NCBI GenBank assembly: GCA_963842525.1
Contig: CAWJGT010000023.1
Span: 256,001 to 320,000, forward strand
Direction: 5' to 3'
Source: an uncultured Holophagales bacterium
GTDB lineage: Bacteria > Acidobacteriota > Thermoanaerobaculia > Multivoradales > UBA5704
DNA length: 64,000 nt
This document shows, piece by piece, positions 10,491-26,300 of this stretch (positions within the stretch are counted from its first letter, which is position 1; each line of letters begins with the position of its first letter). Below the pieces are notes generated by a model. That model searched no databases, was not told the origin of the DNA, and was given only the letters and a program-made list of their open reading frames with translations. A program made the translations under genes and the position numbers.

Positions 10491-10598
10491 GGCGGTGCTC
10501 TGCGGGAGGGCCGGAGGAATCTTTCTGCTAGACTGCGGGTTGTACCCCGTCGCGGGGTAACACCCCACGCTTCTCCAATTCCTGACGAGATCTCCTCG

Positions 10599-13302
<2,704 letters not shown>

Positions 13303-13322
13303 GGTATCGCTCCGCCGCCCAA

Positions 13323-15052
<1,730 letters not shown>

Positions 15053-15087
15053 TAGAAGCCGGCGGGAATGGGCTATCCTGACCGGCC

Positions 15088-16311
15088 ATGCGGGCCGGTC
15101 TGCCGATTGTGGTCGTGGGTGCCGGAGCCGCTGGGCTGGCGGCCGCGATCTTCGCTATAGGCCGGGGCCGGCGGGTGCTGCTCCTCGAACGTACCCGCGA
15201 CGGCGGGCGCAAGATCCTGGTCAGCGGCGGCGGGCGGTGCAACGTCCTTCCCTCGCAGCTTGAGCCGGGCCGGTTCGTCACCGGCTCCTCTCCGAACACA
15301 TTGCGGAAGATCCTGCTCTCCTGGCCTCTGGCCGAGCAGCGGCAGTTCTTCGAGGAGGAGATGGGGCATCCCCCTGGCCCTGGAGGCCGAGACCGGCAAG
15401 CTCTTTCCGGTCTCGAACCGCGCCCGCGACGTGCGCGACGGCCTCGTAGCCCTCGCGGCCCGGCGCGGCGTGGAGACCCGCTTCGATGCCGTGGTGGACG
15501 ACCTCGCGCCGCGGTCCGGCGGCGGCTGGTCGGTGAGTCTCCGGGATGGCGAGGAGATCGCGGCGGCGGCGGTGATTCGTGGCGACCGGCGGCCTCTCGC
15601 TCCCAGGCACCGGCAGCGACGGGATCGGCTTCGAGATCGTCCGCCGGCTCGGCCACACAGTTCACCCCACCTACCCTGCGCTCACACCCCTCACTGCCGA
15701 TCCCCCCCGGCATGCGCACCTGGCAGGGATCTCCTTGACCGTCACACTCACAACCGGCTCCCGGCAGACCCGGGATGGCTTTCTCTTCACCCACCACGGC
15801 TACAGTGGTCCGGCGGTGCTGGACATCTCCGACATGGCTGTCCGCTCGCGCCTCGCCGGCGGCCCTCTCCAGCCGATCCTCGTCCGGTGGACGGACCTGG
15901 ACGACGCAGCCTGGGACCAGAAGTTGAGGGAGGGGTCCGGCACCGTCGCCGGCCTCCTCCGCCGCGAGCTTCCCCGACCGCCTCGCCGAAACCCTGATCG
16001 ATGAGGCCCGGATCGATGCCGTCCAACCCCTCCACCAGCTCCGCCGCGAGGATCGGCGCCGCCTGGTCGACCTCCTCGCCCGCTATCCTCTTCCCTGGAC
16101 GGACGACGGGGGCTACCGCAAGGCCGAAGTCACCGGAGGGGGCGTCGCGCTCGCCGAGGTCGACCCGTGGACCCTGGAGAGCCGCCGCCACCCTGGGCTC
16201 TTCCTCTGCGGGGAGATCCTCGACGCTTTCGGCCCGATCGGCGGCCACAACTTCGCCTGGGCTTGGGCCACCGGAAAGGCGGCGGGAGTGGGGGCGAGCC
16301 GTGCTGCTTGA
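15088..16311 (+). CDS. HI0933/BaiN family FAD-dependent oxidoreductase (frameshifted)
   Basis: VVGAGAAG, KILVSGGGRCN, ATGGLS, FTHHGYSGPAVLD, EVTGGGV, GPIGGHNF. Confidence 0.9.
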
Positions 16312-16313
16312 AA

Positions 16314-16629
16314 GGGAGCGGTTCGACTGCTCGCGGTGGATGGAGCTGCTCCAGCAGTGGCGTCGATCGGTCCCGCGGGAGCGGTTCGACTGCTCGCGGT
16401 GGATGGAGTTGCTCCAGCAGTGGCGTCGATCGGTCCCGCGGGAGCGGTTCGACTGCTCGCGGTGGATGGAGCTGCTCCAGCGGTGGCGTCGATCGGTCCC
16501 GCGGGAGCGGTTCGACTGCTCGCGGTGGATGGAGCTGCTCCAGCAGTGGCGTCGATCGGTCCCGCGGGCGCGGTTCGAACTGCTCGCGGTGGATGAAGCT
16601 GCTCACGCGGTGGCGTCTACCGGTCCCGC
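16314..16629. repeat. 63-bp tandem repeat, four near-perfect units plus one degenerate
   Basis: Unit GGGAGCGGTTCGACTGCTCGCGGTGGATGGAGCTGCTCCAGCAGTGGCGTCGATCGGTCCCGC; no spacers. Confidence 0.95.
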
Positions 16630-16631
16630 GG

Positions 16632-16656
16632 GCCGGCGAGACGCCGGCGCTCCCAG
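16632..16656. repeat. Family-C REP-like hairpin
   Basis: GCCGGCGAGACGCCGGCGCTCCCAG; related copy at 57855. Confidence 0.7.
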
Positions 16657-16729
16657 CGGGCGATGGCTCGGCTCACGTGCCGCAGGCGACTGATGCAGCC
16701 CTCGGCGAGACCCGGATAGGCTCTCCGCG

Positions 16730-17277
16730 ATGGCCCTGACCTCGACGATCTACCAGCTCGACATCGCGCTTTCGGATGTGGACCGGGGCGTCTACGAGAC
16801 GCTCGCACTGCGGGTGGCGCTCCATCCGTCCGAGTCCATGGAGCACATGCTGACCCGGGTGCTCGCCTACTGCCTCCAGTACGAAGAGGGGATCGCGTTC
16901 TCGAAGGGCGGCGTGTCCGACGGGGACCAGCCGGCGGTCTCGATCGTCAGCCTGGATGGCCGGCTGCGGGCCTGGATCGACGTCGGCATGCCCGACCCAG
17001 AGCGGCTCAACCGGGCGGCCAAGGCGGCCGAGCGCGTGGCGGTCTACACCTGGCGCGATCCGGCCCAACTCCGGCGGCAGGCCGCGGGCCAGCGCATCCA
17101 CCGCGCCGGCGAGATCGCGATCCACGCCCTCGACCGCCGCTTCCTCGAACCGTCGTGCCGCTGATGGACCGGAGGACGAGCTTCGAGCTGACGGTGACCG
17201 GTGGACAGCTCTATCTGACCGTGGGCGGGCAGAGCTTCTCGGGAGAGGTTGCCGAGCACCGGCTGGATGGGGTCTGA
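16730..17277 (+). CDS. yaeQ: YaeQ family protein (frameshift near 17155)
   Basis: MALTSTIY, SDVDRGVY, ALHPSES, WIDVGMPD. Confidence 0.88.
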
Positions 17278-17355
17278 GGCACCGCCCGGCGATGAATCGC
17301 CGGCATTCATGCCCGGGCGGCGAGCCGGCCCAATGCTGATACTGTCCCACAGGTG

Positions 17356-18160
17356 GTGGACAATCCCTATCTCGAGCTGACCAAAGAGCTCGAATCGGGG
17401 GCGCCTGCGGGTCCTGCTCAGCTCGGGCCAAGCGGTGGTTGTCCACCGGTTGGCCGTCATGAGCAAGGACGGTGACTGGATCGTGCGCGAGGACGCCGAG
17501 GCCGTCGGCCACGTGCTGCAAGCTCTCTCCAGCCATGGGGCGCGATACCGCTTCGGAGCGCCGCTCGATGTGCGCTGGCTCGCCGGAGGTTGGAGCGCCC
17601 ATCTCGAATCCCGCCGGGAGTCTCTGCGGCTGCGGACCGATTTCGTCACCCGGCCACCGCGGATCGCTCCGGAGCAGTTGGCTCGCATGTGGGACGAGGC
17701 GGAGGCGACGGGCGACGACGTCGTCGGCCTGGAGCCCTTGGCGGCGCTGAAGCTGACGAACCGGGAGAAGGATTACGCCGTGATCGGTGAGCTGGCTCGC
17801 ATGATGGCCGATCCTCGCTCGCAGCTCCTGTACTCTCGCAGCAGCCGCGATCTGATCGAGCTCGCCGAGGAGCATCCTGAGGCGCTGGCGGAGGCGGTCC
17901 CGCAGCGGCCGCTCCTGGCCCGCATCCCCGAGGGCCGGGACGCCTTGGACGAAGCACTCGATCGGGAGCGCCGCGTGTTGATGCGGGTCAACGAGGAACG
18001 CCTGGCGCGCTACCAGGCCGCGGCCGAAAGCTGGTCCAGGCTCTGGCCGGAGGTGCAGCGCCAGGTGGAGGGCCTTCCGCTGCCGGAAGCCCATCGCCTG
18101 ATCACCGCTCGTGCCGAAGGGGTGCTTCCCTTCGAGCCCGAAAAGGGAGAGACGCCGTGA
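17356..18160 (+). CDS. Putative nucleotidyltransferase-fold protein (frameshift near 17395)
   Basis: Joined N-terminus VDNPYLELTKEL...VLLSSGQAVVVH...SKDGDW and later LKLTNREKDY, resembling the G-x-A / DxD / K..R.KD pattern of AbiEii/DUF6036-like NTases. Confidence 0.55.
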
Positions 18161-18411
18161 CCGGTATGAGAGACGAGTTTCTGAGCGAGGAAGACCTCGA
18201 CCTGCGCAATCTGTCGTGGGATGAGCTCATCGCCTACTGGAACCTGTGGCTCCACCAGGCCCAGGCGACGAACGACCTCGACGAGGCACTCTACTCCCAC
18301 GGCGTTTTCGATCGGGATCCGGCGGTGGTGGAGAAACAGTCGGCCAAGCCCCGGAGCGGTAAAGCCCTCATTGCCCGTAACGGGGACATGGGGAACGCGC
18401 TCTATTCGTGA
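18157..18411 (+). CDS. Small acidic hypothetical protein coupled to the upstream gene
   Basis: GTGA overlap; SD GGGAGA; DLDLRNLSWDELIAYWNLW. Confidence 0.7.
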   Translation: MTGMRDEFLSEEDLDLRNLSWDELIAYWNLWLHQAQATNDLDEALYSHGVFDRDPAVVEKQSAKPRSGKALIARNGDMGNALYS

Positions 18412-18423
18412 GGAGGTCCCTCG

Positions 18424-19791
18424 ATGAGCCCACGGCTTCGGCTCGCATCCATCCTGACCCTCGCCGTCCTCCTCGCGGCGCTCACGCCCGAGGATGGCTA
18501 CGACCTGATCTCGACCGTCCTCGCAGGGAAGGACGCCGAGCGTGCTGCCGCGGCCCGGAGGCTGGCGGAAACGCGCGACCCTTCGCTCGTGCCCGCCATG
18601 GTGGACGCCCTGTTCTTCACCCCGAAGGCCGGGCGCGAGCCGCTGGTCGAGGCGCTGCGGAAGCTGACCGGCGAGGACGCGGGTCCCCGCTACCACGACT
18701 GGGTGGAGCTGGTGGGCCGGCGCGCCGACCTGAAGCCTGCACCCGGCTATCTCGCCTGGAAGGGTGGCCTCTTCGCCCGCATCGACCCGCGGTACCGGCA
18801 GGTCTTCGACCCTGGCGCCCCGATCCGCCTGCGCCCCGAGGAGATCGTCTGGGGCGGCGTGCCGCTCGACGGCATCCCGTCGCTCGACGATCCGCCGCGG
18901 GTGCCGGCCGCGAAGGCGCGCTCGCTGGACGACCGGGAGAGGGTCTTCGGCGTCAGCCTGGGCGGCGAGCACCGGGCCTATCCGCTGCGCTACCTCTCCT
19001 GGCACGAGATGCTCAACGACACGGTCGGCGGGCAGCCGCTCAGCCTGAGCTACTGCACCCTCTGCGGCACCGGCATCGCCTACGCATCCCGCCTGCCGGA
19101 CGGCACGCGCCATACCTTCGGCACCTCGGGCCTCCTCTATCGCAGCAATAAATTGATGTTCAACCGGGAGACCCTGACGCTGTGGAGCAACCTGACCGGC
19201 GAGCCCGTGCTCGGCAAGCTGGCTGGCAGGCCGGTCCGGCTCGAGATCCTGCCCATGACCCTGACGACCTGGGGAGAGTGGAAGGCGCTGCACCCGGAGA
19301 CGACGGTGCTGGAGCTGGATGCCGCGTATGGCGCGAAATGGGGCTACCGGTATCTTCCTGGCAGCGCGGACCAGAAGCGTGCCGGGGTCTCCTTCCCGAT
19401 CTGGGCGAAGAGCCGGCTCCTGCCCGAGAAAGAGGAGGTCTACGGCCTCCGGCAGGGCGACCGGGCGAAGGCCTGGCAGATCGAACGAGTGCTCCGGGAG
19501 CGGGTGGTCAACGACCGGCTCGGGGACCTGGAGCTGGTCCTGGTCGGGAGTCCGGAATCCGGCGCCGTGCGGGCCTACCGCCGGGACGGCAGGGTATTCC
19601 GTACCAGCGCCGCGCCCGGCGAGCTGCGCGACGAAGCGGACCGGATCTGGAAGGTCACCGAGGACGCGCTGATCGCTGAAGGGGCGGCCCCGCTGCCGCG
19701 GGTCCCCGGCCATGTAGCCCTCTGGTTCGCATGGTTCGGCTTCTTTCCCGAGACCGAGCTGGCGGGCCGTGAGGTAGGCTCTCTCCCATGA
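18424..19791 (+). CDS. DUF3179 domain protein with N-terminal HEAT-like region
   Basis: WGGVPLDGIPSLD, RAYPL, WHEMLND, YCTLCG, SGLLYRSN, WFAW. Confidence 0.88.
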   Translation: MSPRLRLASILTLAVLLAALTPEDGYDLISTVLAGKDAERAAAARRLAETRDPSLVPAMVDALFFTPKAGREPLVEALRKLTGEDAGPRYHDWVELVGRRADLKPAPGYLAWKGGLFARIDPRYRQVFDPGAPIRLRPEEIVWGGVPLDGIPSLDDPPRVPAAKARSLDDRERVFGVSLGGEHRAYPLRYLSWHEMLNDTVGGQPLSLSYCTLCGTGIAYASRLPDGTRHTFGTSGLLYRSNKLMFNRETLTLWSNLTGEPVLGKLAGRPVRLEILPMTLTTWGEWKALHPETTVLELDAAYGAKWGYRYLPGSADQKRAGVSFPIWAKSRLLPEKEEVYGLRQGDRAKAWQIERVLRERVVNDRLGDLELVLVGSPESGAVRAYRRDGRVFRTSAAPGELRDEADRIWKVTEDALIAEGAAPLPRVPGHVALWFAWFGFFPETELAGREVGSLP

Positions 19792-20315
19792 GCGATCTCA
19801 GCTATCCCATTGGCAAAGAGGACGTGAAGCACGAGCTCACCGACGCCGAGCGGCGGGAGGCGATCGAGGTGATTGCCGGCACGCCTGCCCGTTTCCGTTC
19901 CGCCGTCGAGGGCCTCACGGACGAGCAGCTCGACACCCCATACCGGCCCGGTGGCTGGACCGTGCGCCAGCTCGTCCACCACCTGCCGGACAGTCACGTC
20001 AACGCCTACATCCGTTTCAAATTCGCTCTCGCGGAGGACGAGCCGACGATCAAGCCCTACGACCAGGATGTCTGGGCAGCTCTGCCGGATTCACGGACCA
20101 CGCCGGTCGAGGTGTCGTTGACCCTCCTCGACTCCCTCCACCAGCGCTGGGTGGAGGTGCTGCGCGGGATGAAGCCGGAAGATTTCCGGCGCCGGCTGCA
20201 TCATCCCGAACGGGGCATCCTGACGCTCGACGCGATGCTCAATTCGTACGCCTGGCACAGCCGACATCACGTGGCGCACGTCACGGCGCTGCGGGCACGG
20301 ATGGGATGGGGGTAG
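19788..20315 (+). CDS. YfiT family (DinB-like) thiol transferase
   Basis: LDTPYRPGGWTVRQLVHHLPDSH, IKPYDQ, YAWHSRHH. Confidence 0.92.
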   Translation: MSDLSYPIGKEDVKHELTDAERREAIEVIAGTPARFRSAVEGLTDEQLDTPYRPGGWTVRQLVHHLPDSHVNAYIRFKFALAEDEPTIKPYDQDVWAALPDSRTTPVEVSLTLLDSLHQRWVEVLRGMKPEDFRRRLHHPERGILTLDAMLNSYAWHSRHHVAHVTALRARMGWG

Positions 20316-23300
20316 CAGTCCGCCCAATCGCCTGAAGGAGACGGTCCGCCAGCACCCGGACGTTCTCCGGGTCCTCGATCGCGGTCACATGGTTGCCCGG
20401 CACGGGCACGATGTCGATCTCTCTAGTCAGGGCTGCCCAGCCATGGGACAGATCGCTGTCAGTCCCGTCCGGTTGCTCCTCGGCAGCGAAGAAGGTGACG
20501 CGGCCTGGATAGGGGGCTGGATGATCGGTACGCGCCACCTCCAAGTGAGCCTTGAACCGGGCGAGAAGACGGCGCGCGTTGTCGGGGGACCAGTCCGGCG
20601 GCAGGTCGCCCCGGCGCTTCGCCTGCTCGACCAGGGCGGCGACCGGATCGGCGGCGCGCCGCAGCTCGTCGCGGTCGGCCGGAAAATCGCCCAGCGCTTC
20701 GATCAGGAGATCGGCATCGCTCGCTCCCGGCCGGCCGGGCGGCTCGACGAGGCCGGTGTCGATCATCCCCAGGAAAGCCACCTCTTCGCCTTCGGCTCGG
20801 AGCTGGCGGGCCATTTCAAAGACGACCCGGCCGCCGAAGGACCAGCCTGCCAGGAGGTAGGGTCCGGCGGGCTGGACGGTCCGCACATGCCGCAGGTACT
20901 CCGCGGCGAGGCCGGCCAGGCTGCGCGAGGTCTCGGCGGGTGCCACGTCCTGGAGCCCCCAGACCGGCTGATCCAGGCCGAGGGCGCGCGCCAGGTCGAA
21001 ATAGGAGAGGACCTGGCCGCCGGCCGGATGGACCAGGAAAAGCGGCGGACGCGCTCCTCCCTCCTGAATGCGCACGAGCGGTGACTCCTCTCCTTCCGTC
21101 GCCTCCCGGCGCAGGAGCCGAGCCAGGTCCTCGACCGTGGGCGCCTGGAAGAGCGTCGCGAGCGGGAGCGTGCGATCCAGATCCTGCGCGATGCGGGCCA
21201 TCAGGCGGACGGCGAGCAGGGAGTGGCCGCCCAGGTCGAAGAAGTTGTCCGTGACTCCGACCGGCGCGGTCTCCAGCACCTCCTCCCAGATGCAGGCGAG
21301 ACGCAGCTCGAGACCGTCCCGAGGTGGCACCCGGAGGGCGGCGCGCTCGACCGTCGGCAGCAGGTCCGGCAGGGCGCGGCGGTCGACCTTGCCGTTGGGG
21401 TTGAGAGGCAGCCGGTCGAGCGGCACGAAGACGGACGGGACCATGTAGGCGGGAAGGCGTTCCCGCAGCCGCTCGCGCAGCTCGTCCAGAGCCGGAGGCT
21501 GGGCCGAATCGAGCACCACGAAGGCCACCACCCGCTTTTCTCCGCTCGGAGCATCGCGCCCCACGACCACCGACTCGCGCACGCCGGGCAGCCGGCCCAG
21601 CTCGGCCTCGATCTCGCCGGGCTCGACGCGATAGCCGCGGATCTTGATCTGCTGGTCGGCGCGACCGGCCGCCGCCACCTCGCCGTCGGGCAGGTAGCGG
21701 CCGAGGTCGCCGGTCAGGTAGACCCGATCGGCCGGATACCCCGTGAATGGATTGGCCACGAACCGCCTCTCGGTCTGCTCGGGGTCGTCCAGATAACCGT
21801 GCGCGAGGTGCGGGCTGCGGATGGCGATCTCGCCGACCTCCCCGATCCCTGCCAGTCCGGCACCGCGTGAGAGGACGAGAAGCTGGACGTCGCGCTTGCC
21901 GCGGCCCAGAGGCAGGATCTGCCGCTCGCGCGCCTCGCCCTCGCCTTCGAGGCACCCCTCCTCCACCAGGTGATAGCTCAGGGCGCGCTGGGATTCCGTG
22001 GCGCCGTAGACGTTCACGCAGACCGCCTGCGGAGCGAGCCGCCGGACACGGGCGACATCGCGCCGGGTCAGGATGTCGCCGGCGAGGACGGCGCAGCGCA
22101 GATCGGGGAGAACCTCACCCTCTCCCTCCGTCAGGAGCTGCGCCATGGCCGGGGTGAGGTGAGTGACGGTGATCCGCTCGTGCCGCATCCAGTCCGCGAG
22201 ATAGCCCGGCTCGCCGATCCGGCCGGGGTCGGGGATGCAGAGGGTCGCGCCGATCGACAGGGAGTAGAAGACATCGCGCTGGAGCGGGTCATGAGCGAGC
22301 CCCGAGAGCAGGGTGAAGCGGTCGGACTGGTGATAGCCCAGGACGTCCTGGTGCCAGGGGATGAAATGCGACATGGACCCGTGCGTCTGGAGGATCCCTT
22401 TCGGGACCCCGGTTGATCCCGAGGTGAAGGCCACGGCGGCGATATCGTGCGGACCGATGTGGGAAGGAAAGGCCGGCCCTCGCCCTGGGTTTACACCCTG
22501 GGCTACCGAATGCCGCCCTCCGGGCTCTTGAGAGCCGAGGATTCCAGAGCCCGGAGGGCGGAACTGGGTAGCCCCGGGTGTCAACCCGGGGCGAGTGATG
22601 GCCAGCCGGAACACCCCCTCGCCAGCCACATACTCCTCCACCACCGCCGGCAACGGCCCGGCCGCCTCGACGTGCAGCACGGCGCGCGGTCGGGCGAGGC
22701 GAAGAATGTCCACGAGGCGGGCCGGCGGGTAGACAGGGTCCAGGATGCCGAAGGCCGCACCGGACCGCAGAATGCCCAGCAGAGCCTGGATCAGCCCCGA
22801 GCTGCGATGAGCATAGACGGCCACCCGGTCCCCCTTGCCGATCCCCTCGGATCGCAAAAGGTCGGCCAGGTGGTCCACCGCCCGATCGAGCTCGCCGTAC
22901 GTCCAATCACCACAGGGCTCGGTGAGGGCGATACGCTCCGGATGGCGCCGCGCCTGCTCTGTAAAGAGGTCGTGGACCGCTCCCACCCAGAGTGGATCGA
23001 GACGCGCCTGCGGATCGGGCAGCACGGTCCGCGCCTCGACAGTCAGCAGCGAGTAGGTGTCGATGGGCGCTTCGGGCCGCTCCGCGATCTGGGCGACCAG
23101 GCAGGCGTACTGGCGCAGCATCTCCTCCATGCGATTCCGGTCGAAGAGGTCCGTGTTGTAGACCAGGTTCAGGATCAGGCCGTCCCCCCGCTCCGCCAGG
23201 TAGAGGGTGAGGTCGAACTTGGCGAGCACGCCGCCGGGTTCGTAGGGCTCGATCTCCAGCCCCGGCAGGTCGAGCCGGGCGGCCGGCGCGTTGAGCATGT

Positions 23301-26300
23301 TGAAAAGGACCTGGAAGAGCGACGGCCGCGACAGGTCGCGCTCCGGGCGCAGCTCCTCTAGAAGCTTTTCGAAGGGGACGTCCTGGTGGGCATAGGCCCC
23401 GAGGGCGGTCTCGCGCACCCGGCGGACCAGCTCCGGGAACGCCGGACGGCCCGAGAGGTCGGCGCGCAGCACCAGGGTGTTGAGGAAGCAGCCGATCAGC
23501 CCTTCGACCTCGGGCTGGGTACGGCCTGCGATGGGCGACCCCACGGCGAGGTCCTCCTGTCCGCTCAGGCGAGACAGCAGGATCTGGAACGCGGCAAGCA
23601 GGACCATGAAGAGCGACGCGCCCTGCGTCTGACCGATCCTCCGGAGGCGATCGACGAGGGCCGGCGGCAGGAGCCGCAGCTCCGAGGCGCCGTGGAAGGT
23701 CTGGACCGGCGGACGCGGCCGGTCGGCTGGGAGATCCAGAACCGGCGGCAGGCCACGCAGGCGCTCGCGCCAGTAGCCCACCTGGGATTCGAGCGCCTCG
23801 CCCGCGAGCCAGCCCCGCTGCCAGCGGGCGAAGTCGGTGTACTGGACCGGCGGCTCGGGCAGGATCTCGCCGCGATAGAGCGCGGCGATCTCGTGCGCCC
23901 AGAGCCCCATGGACCAGCCGTCGCAGGCGATGTGGTGGGTGAGGAAGAGTGCAGCGCTCTCGTTCCCGCCCAGCCGCACGAACAGGGCTCGGACCAGGGG
24001 GCCGCGTTCGAGGTCGAACGGCCGCAGCGCCTCCTCCCCCATCACCCGTCGCGCCTCCTCTTCTCGGACAGTTTCAGGGAGAGCCGCGAGATCGACCGTC
24101 GCCAGAAGGCTCGCAGGCCCGGGCTCGACCACCTGGAGCGGCTGGCCATCCTGGACCGGGAACCGCGTGCGCAGCGTCTCGTGCCGCCGCACGATCTCGC
24201 AGAGCGCCCGGTCGAGGGCCGCCGCGTCCAGGCCGCCGTGCAGCCGGAAGGCCGTCGGCATGTTGTAGGCCGCGCCGTCGATCTCGAGCTGCTGCAGGAA
24301 CCAGATCCGCTCCTGGGAGAAGGAAAGCGGCGCCGGACCGGCTCCTGGATCGCGACGGATCGTTGGCACGACGGCCGCCGCCGGATGGCGCGCCTCCAGC
24401 CAGGCCGCCAGACCCGCCACGGTCGGTGCATCGAAGAGGGCCGTCACGTGCAGCGTCTCGCCAAGGCGCCGCCGCAGACGATTGATGAGCACGGCGCCCT
24501 TGATCGAATCGCCGCCGAGCGCGAAGAAGTTGTCGTCCACGCCGAAGGGGACCCCCAGGGCTTCGCGCCAGAGCTCCGCGATCAACTCTTCGAGCGGCGT
24601 CTGCGGAGCGGTCCTCTCCTCTGTGCCGGCTTCGATGCCGACGAACGGGTCGGGCAGGGCACTGCGGTCGATCTTGCCGCTGGCGGTAAGCGGCAGGGCT
24701 TCCAGCTCCACGAAGATGGTCGGGAAGCATGTAGTCGGGGAGGCGGTGGCGGAGGAAAGTGTGGACCTCACCCCCTAGCCCCCTCTCCCATCGCCCCCCC
24801 ACCGACCGGGAGAGGGGGAACGTAGTGCTTGCAGGTGTGGCGATAGCAGGCGGCAAGCCCTCCAGGTGTTCCCGCAAGGCCGATGCCTGGACCTCGCCGG
24901 AGAGCTGAGCATGCGTCCCCCCTCTCCCGGTGGAAGAGGGGGCGATGGGAGAGGGGGACAGGGGGTGAGGACCCGGCACCACATACGCCACCAGCGCCAG
25001 CCCCCCGCCTCCCTGCGGCCGGGCCACGACCACGCACTGCCGCACGGCAGGGATGCTCGGCCACGACAGCGGTCACCTCTCCGACCTCGATGCGGAAGCC
25101 GCGGATCTTGACCTGATGGTCGCGCCTGCCCAGGAACTCCAGCACGCCATCGGGCAGGAGGCGAGCGAGGTCGCCGGTGCGATAGAGGCGGGCACCGGCC
25201 TCGAACGGGTCCGGCACGAAAGCCTCGGCGGTCCGTGCCGGATCGCCGAGATAGCCGCGGCCCACTCCCGTTCCGCCGATAAAGAGCTCACCGGCTGCAC
25301 CAATCGGCAGCGGACGCAAGGCAGCATCGAGCACGTGCAGCCGGATGTTGGCAAGCGGCCGGCCGATCGGAGTGACCACCGCGGAAGGACCCGGCGGAGT
25401 ACGCTTCAGGTGCTGGCTCACCCGGTCGGTGCACTCGGTCGGGCCGTAGGCATCGACCAGCGGGATGTGGGGATAGATCGCGTGCCAGCCGCGGGCGAGA
25501 TCAGGCGGCAGCGCCTCGCCGGTGGCGATCAGCCAGCGCAGCGCCTCGAGCCGTGGGTACGAATCGACCGCATGAAGCATGGCACCCAGGAGCGACGGCA
25601 CGACCTCCAGGACCGTGATCCGTTCGCGATCGGCCTCCTCCAGCAGGGAGACGGGATCGCGCACGACCTCGGTCCGGACGATCTGCACGCGGCCTCCCAC
25701 GAGCAGGGCCGCCAGGGACTGCCAGATGGAGATATCGAAGATCTGGGGAGCGGTCTGGGCGACCACGTCCTTCCCGGTCAGATCGAGACTGGCGATCCTG
25801 GCCCGCAGGTGGTTGAGCAGGCCGCGGTGGGTCAGCATCGCGCCCTTAGGTACCCCGGTCGAGCCCGACGTGAAGATCACATAGGCCAGGTTGTCCGGCA
25901 GAGGGCGGACGGGCAAGGCGGCGAGAGCCTCGTCGTTGCCAGAAGCCAGGAGTTGGGCGAGATCAATGATCTCGGGAGTCGGATAGGTGGCGGAAAAAGC
26001 CCCCGCAGGGGGCGCAGGCATAAAGCCTGGGGTTTCAACCCCAGGAAGGGAGTCCCCCCGATTTTCCCCAAGCCCCGAAGGGGCGCAGGCAGCTTCTCCA
26101 CCCACTCGGGGTTGGAACCCCGCTCCCGATGCCTCCGCCCCTTCGGGGCTTGGAATCAATATGGGCTGCTGTCCTGGGGTTGAAACCCCAGGCTTTATGC
26201 CGACGCCCCGTTGGGGCTTCCCCACCCGATCCGCCGCTGAGTCGGGTGATGAAGAGACGATCACCCACCGCGCACCGCTCTGCTCCAGGATCTGCTCCCG

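Noticed and set aside
16314-16629. CRISPR array
   Set aside because: Units are contiguous and near-identical with no unique spacers, and there are no cas genes
19040-19075. Selenocysteine recoding in DUF3179 (and SelD)
   Set aside because: The motifs use Cys codons (YCTLC, GCAAK) with no in-frame TGA
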